A stretch of 30,330 nucleotides of DNA from Candidatus Omnitrophota bacterium (GTDB lineage Bacteria > Omnitrophota > Gorgyraeia > Aquiviventales > Aquiviventaceae), in contig JACPAW010000141.1 in the NCBI GenBank assembly GCA_016180605.1, positions 1 to 30,330 of the forward strand. Direction: 5' to 3'. The position numbers were made by a program, and so were the translations under genes. The notes beneath the pieces were generated by a model. That model did not search any database. It was not told the DNA's origin and saw nothing but the letters and a program-made list of their open reading frames with translations. Below are positions 25,240 through 30,330 of this stretch, piece after piece. How positions within the stretch are numbered: the first letter of the stretch is position 1; every line of letters begins with the position of its first letter.

Positions 25240-26400
25240 CTATTGGATCAAAGCGTAAGAAGGCTCAACGACTGGAGAGCGAACGCCGGTTTGTTCTTCG
25301 CGGTAGGTGAATATTTTCCCCGCGAAATTCCGCAGCGTCCACACTCCGTCCTTTACGCTCACGACGTAATTGGGCATGAGAGGAATCTTACCCCCGCCCC
25401 CTGGGCCATCCACGACGAACGTCGGGACGGCATAACCGCTGGTGTGCCCGCGTAGCTTCTCGATGATCTGCAGACCCGCCGCAACCGGCGTACGGAAGTG
25501 AGCGGTCCCTTTAACCGGGTCGCATTGGTAAATATAGTAGGGTCGAACGCGCGTTTTGAGCAGTTCATGAAAGAGCTTTTTCATGATTGCCGGCCGGTCG
25601 TTGATTCCTTTAAGGAGGACCGTTTGAGAACCCAGCGGGACTCCGCTGTCAGCCAACATGCCGCATGCTTTTCTGACCGCAGGGGTCACCTCTTTTGGAT
25701 GATTGAAATGCAAGCTCATCCAAACCGGTTTATGTTTTTGCAAAACCGCGCACAAAGATTCCGTCACCCGATAAGGCAGGGTTACGGGATTGCGCGTCCC
25801 AATCCGGATAAACTCGACATGGGGAATGCTGCGGAGTTTGGTGATCACCTCATCCAGCCGCTCATCGGAAAGCGTCAAAGGGTCTCCCCCCGAAATGAGC
25901 ACGTCTCGAATCTTTCGGTGCGCCTTGATGTAGTCGATTGCCACATCAATATTGGCCGGTTTACTAAAGCCCGCACTGGTTCCGACGACCCGGCTGCGCG
26001 TGCAGAAACGGCAGTACATGGAGCAGACTTCAACCACGAGCAACAGCACCCGATCCGGGTATCGGTGTACCAAGCCCGGTACTGGCATGTGGCTGTCTTC
26101 TCCAAGCGGATCGATCATGTCATTGGGGCTGAGCCGATATTCTTCTTCAACCGGTACGGCCTGCCGACGAATGGGGCATGTCGGATCATCCGGATCCATG
26201 AGTGCCGCCCAATAGGGCGGAATCCCCATGATGAAGCGCCCGGAGCGGCGCGTGGCCGCCTGCTCTTCGGTAGGGCTTAAACGGATGACCTGCCGCAATT
26301 GTTCCACCGTCTGGATCCGATTAGCCATTTGCCATCGGTACGTTTCCCACTGTTCTTGGGGAACGTCCTTCCATAACGGGATCCGTCGATAGGCTTCCAC
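25240..26400 (-). CDS. KamA-family radical SAM aminomutase (lysine 2,3-aminomutase-like)
   Basis: PGLVHRYPDRVL, CSMYCRFCTR (CX3CX2C), LISGGDPL, HFNHP, QTVLLKGIND, YYIYQCD, GGGGKIP (PLP Lys). SD GGAGG and GTG start. Confidence 0.92.
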   Translation of the reverse strand: MEAYRRIPLWKDVPQEQWETYRWQMANRIQTVEQLRQVIRLSPTEEQAATRRSGRFIMGIPPYWAALMDPDDPTCPIRRQAVPVEEEYRLSPNDMIDPLGEDSHMPVPGLVHRYPDRVLLLVVEVCSMYCRFCTRSRVVGTSAGFSKPANIDVAIDYIKAHRKIRDVLISGGDPLTLSDERLDEVITKLRSIPHVEFIRIGTRNPVTLPYRVTESLCAVLQKHKPVWMSLHFNHPKEVTPAVRKACGMLADSGVPLGSQTVLLKGINDRPAIMKKLFHELLKTRVRPYYIYQCDPVKGTAHFRTPVAAGLQIIEKLRGHTSGYAVPTFVVDGPGGGGKIPLMPNYVVSVKDGVWTLRNFAGKIFTYREEQTGVRSPVVEPSYALIQ

Positions 26401-26412
26401 GGTTAGCCTCCT

Positions 26413-27528
26413 TTAGCCTGAAATTCTCAAGGAGCTATAGGAATCCGCAAACTCCGTGCTTGCGGATGGCTCTTGAGAACAGGTGATCGATCGCTCCGAA
26501 GACCTACAAACATCTGCCCCGCTCCGATAGCGGGCCATTGCCAGTTCGACAATTCGTTGAATCAGCTTATCGTGTGAAAAGCCAGCGGCTTGCGTGGCAA
26601 TAGGAAAATTGCTGTCCAGCGGGCTTAATCCAGGAAGGGGGTTGACTTCCAGGACAAACGGAACGCCGTCTGCACGCAGCCGGATATCGGTACGGGAAAA
26701 ATCGCGGCAGCCCAATGCGCGGTGCGCACGCAAAGCGACTTCCTTTACTCTGGCCATGACCCTACCCTCGATGCGTGCAGGACAAAACAGCTGGGGAGCC
26801 AAGCCCAATGCCTGGTTGCCCTGGAACTCTTTCATCCTCCAAGAGTAGAAAAATTCTCCACCCTGGCGGCAAGTGGAAAAATCGATCTCGATAGGAGGCA
26901 AAACCTCATTGTCAATGACGCCAACGGTCAGCTCAATGCCCTCAATGAATTCTTCCACCAGCACTTCCTGCTGATAGCGATCCGCCACAATGGCGATTTG
27001 CCGCCGAAGGGACGCCTCATCTCCTACGACACTTTCGCGCCAAATCCCAATACTGGAACCCTCGCGATTGGGTTTGACGATCAGTGGAAATCCAAGGGAA
27101 GGATTCAGGGGTGCTTGTGCGATGGCAAATAGCTGCCATGCCGGAGTCGGAATGTCTTCTGCAGCCAAGATCTGCTTGGTCTTGGTTTTATCCAGCGCCA
27201 AGGCCAGCGTGACGCTGTTGGAACCCGTAAAGGGAATATTTAAAGCTTCCAGCACTGCCGGCACCTGGGATTCGCGGTGTTCCCCGTCGTTTCCTTCAGC
27301 AATATTAAAAACAAGGTCTACCGAATGCCTCAGAAACCAATGCGGCAAATCAGGATTGGCTTCCACCAAATGCACGGTGTGACCTGCCGCACGCAGGCTT
27401 TGCGCAATCGCATCGATTGTCATCTGGCTATCGAACTCCGATTCCTGATCCTTAGGGGTCCAATGGAGCCCGCCGGACGGCCTGGAATGGCGCTTGAGAT
27501 TGTAAGTTAATGCGATCGTGTAGTGTAT
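26413..27528 (-). CDS. D-Ala-D-Ala ligase-like ATP-grasp protein 2 (start codon uncertain)
   Basis: IALTYN...SEFD, FNIAEG, RESQVPAVLE, IVKPNREGSSIGI, VEEFIEG.E, SRTDIR, LEVNPLPG. No ATG/GTG/TTG in frame near the start of homology. Confidence 0.8.
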   Translation of the reverse strand: MHYTIALTYNLKRHSRPSGGLHWTPKDQESEFDSQMTIDAIAQSLRAAGHTVHLVEANPDLPHWFLRHSVDLVFNIAEGNDGEHRESQVPAVLEALNIPFTGSNSVTLALALDKTKTKQILAAEDIPTPAWQLFAIAQAPLNPSLGFPLIVKPNREGSSIGIWRESVVGDEASLRRQIAIVADRYQQEVLVEEFIEGIELTVGVIDNEVLPPIEIDFSTCRQGGEFFYSWRMKEFQGNQALGLAPQLFCPARIEGRVMARVKEVALRAHRALGCRDFSRTDIRLRADGVPFVLEVNPLPGLSPLDSNFPIATQAAGFSHDKLIQRIVELAMARYRSGADVCRSSERSITCSQEPSASTEFADSYSSLRISG

Positions 27529-28538
27529 AAGACACCCGCTTCGTCGCGCGGCTTCAACCCATACCGCGTCAAGGCTGCATTTAAAATCCGGTTGATGACC
27601 TGGTAATGTGTCATTCCCCGGGTTTTCGCAATGTAGTTGAAAACATCTTCCGTAGACAAGGAAGGCAAGGGATTGATTTCCAGCACGTAAGGGTGCCCCT
27701 GGCGGTCCACACGGAAATCCACTCGCCCAAAATCGCGGCATTGGACCGCGCGATAGGTCCGCAATGCCAGCTCCTGCATTTTCTCCGCTAGGGTAGGCGG
27801 AATAGGTGCTGGACAAAGATAATCGGAGCCAGTCCGAAGATACGCGAAGGTAAAGAATTTACGGCCAAGGTCTGTGACGCCATCCAACGCGATCTGGACG
27901 ACGGGACAAGTTTCCGGCTCTTCATTCCCCACGATCGCAACGGTGAATTCCTGCCCTTCGATGAATTCCTCGATAAAGATCGTCGATTGCTTGTAGGTAT
28001 CGGTAAGCCAGCGGACTTGCCGGCGAAGCTCCTCGGGTGTGGCGACCAATGACTTTTCGCTTAAACCTTTGCTGGAACCTTCGCAGCGCAGCTTCACAAT
28101 CAACGGAAACGTCAGATCGACTTCCCAGAATTTATCCGGATCGTGAACCTCCAGGTAGCGCGGGGTGGGAATTCCTTCTGCAATCAAGACTTTTTTGGTC
28201 AGGACCTTATCGAGGGTCAGGCCCAAAGTCAGACCATCGGCCCCCACAAAGGGAATCCGCATCATTTCCAACAAGATGGGCACCTGCGATTCGCGATTAC
28301 GGCCTTCGTAGCCTTCTGCAATATTGAAGATGATGTCCACATCCAGTTTGCCCACCTGCTCCAAAAGCTGCCGGGCATTTCCAATGCGCACCACGCCATA
28401 CCCTGCTTCGCGGAAAGCGTTCTCGATGTGGTTGATCGTATCTTCGTGGTCGAATTCTGCATTCACATCTGGTGGATCGCCAGGTTTTGGCACCCACTCG
28501 CTTTTTACGTTATAAGTCAATCCCACCCGCAACGACAT
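27507..28538 (-). CDS. D-Ala-D-Ala ligase-like ATP-grasp protein 1
   Basis: VGLTYN...AEFD, FNIAEG, RESQVPILLE, IVKLRCEGSSKG, IEEFIEGQEF, GRVDFR, LEINPLP. Lacks the GG.S.E N-terminal motif of true Ddl. Confidence 0.9.
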   Translation of the reverse strand: MSLRVGLTYNVKSEWVPKPGDPPDVNAEFDHEDTINHIENAFREAGYGVVRIGNARQLLEQVGKLDVDIIFNIAEGYEGRNRESQVPILLEMMRIPFVGADGLTLGLTLDKVLTKKVLIAEGIPTPRYLEVHDPDKFWEVDLTFPLIVKLRCEGSSKGLSEKSLVATPEELRRQVRWLTDTYKQSTIFIEEFIEGQEFTVAIVGNEEPETCPVVQIALDGVTDLGRKFFTFAYLRTGSDYLCPAPIPPTLAEKMQELALRTYRAVQCRDFGRVDFRVDRQGHPYVLEINPLPSLSTEDVFNYIAKTRGMTHYQVINRILNAALTRYGLKPRDEAGVLYTTRSH

Positions 28539-28565
28539 CCCAACCTCTAAGGCTCTAAATTAAAG

Positions 28566-28593
28566 AAAAAAAGGACCCAGACTTTCTGAGTCC
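28566..28593 (-). terminator. Intrinsic terminator in the 5' leader of the ATP-grasp/KamA operon
   Basis: GGACUCAGA-AAG-UCUGGGUCC (9-bp stem) plus U7, 27 nt before ATG 28538. Confidence 0.8.
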
Positions 28594-28617
28594 CTCGTCA
28601 GAAGTCTTCAATTGTCT

Positions 28618-28703
28618 CACGTCTGATGCGGCAGTCCCTAAAACGTTACGCACAATCCACCGCAGATCGCGCGATCGTTTAAGGACCCAACAATCATCAC
28701 GTG
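28618..28703 (-). promoter_or_regulatory. Structured leader RNA (candidate orphan riboswitch/attenuator)
   Basis: Nested stems CACG-UGAUG/CAUCA-GA-CGUG and GUCCUUAAAC/GUUUUAGGGAC enclose a GAUC-GCGC-GAUC hairpin; no known family recognised. Confidence 0.55.
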
Positions 28704-28831
28704 TTTTCTCATTGCAATATAATTCGTACCATAGTGATTCCTTACTGTCAAGCCTGCTTGCACAAAAATTCAGAAATTTTTTCAACTGTATCCGCTACAA
28801 TGTTATAGTTTTCTCAACTACGAGGTCACGC

Positions 28832-29479
28832 ATGGGCACATTGGTACTCATTCGGCACGGACAATCGCAGTGGAATCTGGAAAATCGATTTACCGGGTGG
28901 GTCGACATCCCACTGACGGACTCCGGGCGCATGGAGGCGCGCCGCGGGGCTGAAATCATCAAGCATCTGAAATTCGACTGCGCTTTTACCTCAGCGCTGA
29001 AGCGTGCGGAAGAAACGCTGCGCATCGTTTTAGAAACGACCCGCCAGACCCATCTTCCCATTGAAAGAGATCCTGCCTTGAATGAGCGCCACTACGGAGC
29101 TCTCCAAGGACTGAATAAAGCGGAATTGGCCAAGAAGTTCGGCGAACAACAAGTCCATATTTGGCGCCGCAGTTATGATGTCGCACCTCCTAAGGACAAA
29201 ACGGAGTGGAATCTCGATGGAAAAAGCGAAAGCTTGAAAGATACCGCAGCGCGCACGCTTCCCTACTTCAAGAAGAGGATTCTTCCTTTGGTGGAATCGG
29301 GAAAAAATGTCCTGGTGGTCGCTCATGGCAATAGTTTGCGTTCCATCATCATGGACTTGGACCGAATGACCAAGGAACAAGTGCTGCAACTGAATATCGC
29401 CACAGGGGCTCCCATCCTCTATGAAATCGATTCCACAGGACGCGTCCTTAAGAAGATCGTGACAGAACTTCCGTCTTAG
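28832..29479 (+). CDS. gpmA: 2,3-bisphosphoglycerate-dependent phosphoglycerate mutase
   Basis: LIRHGQSQWNLENRFTGWVD, LNERHYGALQGLNK, WRRSYD, ESLKDT, VAHGNSLR. SD GAGGT before ATG 28832. Confidence 0.96.
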   Translation: MGTLVLIRHGQSQWNLENRFTGWVDIPLTDSGRMEARRGAEIIKHLKFDCAFTSALKRAEETLRIVLETTRQTHLPIERDPALNERHYGALQGLNKAELAKKFGEQQVHIWRRSYDVAPPKDKTEWNLDGKSESLKDTAARTLPYFKKRILPLVESGKNVLVVAHGNSLRSIIMDLDRMTKEQVLQLNIATGAPILYEIDSTGRVLKKIVTELPS

Positions 29480-29660
29480 CACACAGCAATCAGCACACAG
29501 AGATGGCAAAATAGCAGAGTTCAAGAACCACTCCTTTGGGACAGGGGCCATGAGACATGGGACAAAAAAATCACGACATGTCCCACGCCCCATGTCCCAA
29601 AAGCTTCGTATCGCTCATGTGTCCCATGTCCTCTTCTGAGTGCTGTGTGCTGTTTGCTGA
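29478..29660. repeat. Nested inverted arrays of short repeats (CAGCACA- and GGGACATG-type)
   Basis: AGCACACAGCAATCAGCACACAG (29478-29500) mirrored by CTGAGTGCTGTGTGCTGTTTGCTGA (29636-29660). TGGGACA-type units at 29537-29564 mirrored by CATGTCCCA-type units at 29577-29631. Confidence 0.7.
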
Positions 29661-30329
29661 ACGATAGTTCCTCACATAGTGGTACAAGTATTGCTGTGCC
29701 CAGCCCGCGTAAGAGCCAAAATGGCGGCGAGCGAAAAGATGCATTTTTTTATGCCCCACGCGCCGGTTTCGAAAATAGTAGCGCATGGCACGCTCCATCC
29801 ACACATCTACCGGAAACGCTTCGTAGTGCCCAAGACCAAACAGGGCAACACAGTCCGCTACTTTTTCTCCAACGCCATTGCAGCCTAGCAAAGCACGCTT
29901 GGCACTCTCGTAATCCGCCTGGGCCAGCTGCGAAAGCGGAATCTGGCCATCTGCCACTCGGCGTGCCGTCGCGCGCAGAAAATGAGCGCGGTAACCTAAG
30001 CCCAAGCTGCGCAATTGCCTTTCGGAAGTAGCCGCCAATATTTCTGCAGACGGAAAAGCAAACGTCCGGAATCCATTGAATGCTACCGGTTCTCCGAAAG
30101 CCTGGCAGAGGCGCTCGAGCATTCCTTTAATGCGCTTGATATTATTGAAAGCAGAGCAAATGAAGGAAGCTAGGGTCTCCCAGCCTTCCTGCCTGAGAAT
30201 GCGCAGCCCGCGGTGGTCTTGGATTGCTTGATGGATCTGCGCATCGACGTCGAAGGAATCAAGGATATCGGAGAGTGGCAGATCGAGAGCAAAATAATGG
30301 CGGATGTCTTCAGGATTGACGGAGGCAGC
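29571..30329 (-). CDS. 8-oxoguanine DNA glycosylase (Ogg/OGG1-like, HhH-GPD), 5' end beyond the right edge
   Basis: Frame is open to the window edge and reads GLRILRQEGWETLASFICSAFNNIKRI, then LGLGYRA, GVGEKVADCVALFGL, FPVDVW, YAGWAQQYL. Confidence 0.9.
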   Translation of the reverse strand, partial: AASVNPEDIRHYFALDLPLSDILDSFDVDAQIHQAIQDHRGLRILRQEGWETLASFICSAFNNIKRIKGMLERLCQAFGEPVAFNGFRTFAFPSAEILAATSERQLRSLGLGYRAHFLRATARRVADGQIPLSQLAQADYESAKRALLGCNGVGEKVADCVALFGLGHYEAFPVDVWMERAMRYYFRNRRVGHKKMHLFARRHFGSYAGWAQQYLYHYVRNYRSANSTQHSEEDMGHMSDTKLLGHGAWDMS

Positions 30330-30330
30330 C

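Noticed and set aside
25498-26280. 260-aa plus-strand ORF (likewise 18902..19675, 13831..14367, 9902..10375, 5728..6243)
   Set aside because: Antisense to well-supported genes or RNA elements in GC-rich DNA; no independent coding signal.
28593-28600. UGACGAGG (glmS ribozyme-like) and GGUGG (T-box-like, ~28650) in the KamA-operon leader
   Set aside because: The rest of each consensus is missing (no AGCGCC/UUAUCGA; no GGUGGnACCGCG).
28716-28751. Promoter for the ATP-grasp operon at TTGACA (28751-28746)
   Set aside because: The -35 is perfect, but the 17-nt position gives TACGAA and the better hexamers are at 12 or 24 nt. Plausible, but not supportable as a feature.
28555-28785. 76-aa ORF and 24-aa ORF (MRKHVMIVG..., 28712-28638) as leader peptides
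   Set aside because: No SD and no run of regulatory codons; the RNA-structure explanation fits better, though the short ORF is not excluded.

Overview
A 30.3 kb bacterial chromosomal window of moderately high GC, with no rRNA, tRNA or CRISPR array recognised. The left half (1-15 kb) is accessory and surface-related. On the minus strand it carries two ArsR-family regulators (one cut by the window edge), a B12-binding radical SAM enzyme, a PilX-like protein and a secreted beta-propeller protein; the last two lie downstream of a c-di-GMP-I (GEMM-I)-like riboswitch and terminator. A ~6.2 kb block (RCC1/PA14 surface protein, 7TM histidine kinase, XRE-cupin regulator, stand-alone receiver) is bracketed by a 24-bp direct repeat that duplicates the 3' end of a trypsin-like protease gene. 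Next to it is a PilB/GspE ATPase with a receiver domain where the c-di-GMP-binding MshEN module normally sits. The right half is mostly housekeeping: M48 protease, folC, purH, pabC-like, pabB, gpmA and Ogg-like glycosylase. It is interrupted by an IS1595-family element carrying a passenger gene and by a 292-bp MITE. It also holds an operon of two ATP-grasp ligases plus a KamA-family aminomutase, preceded by an unrecognised structured leader with mutually exclusive terminator and antiterminator folds. All calls were made by eye from motifs; no database search or folding program was run.
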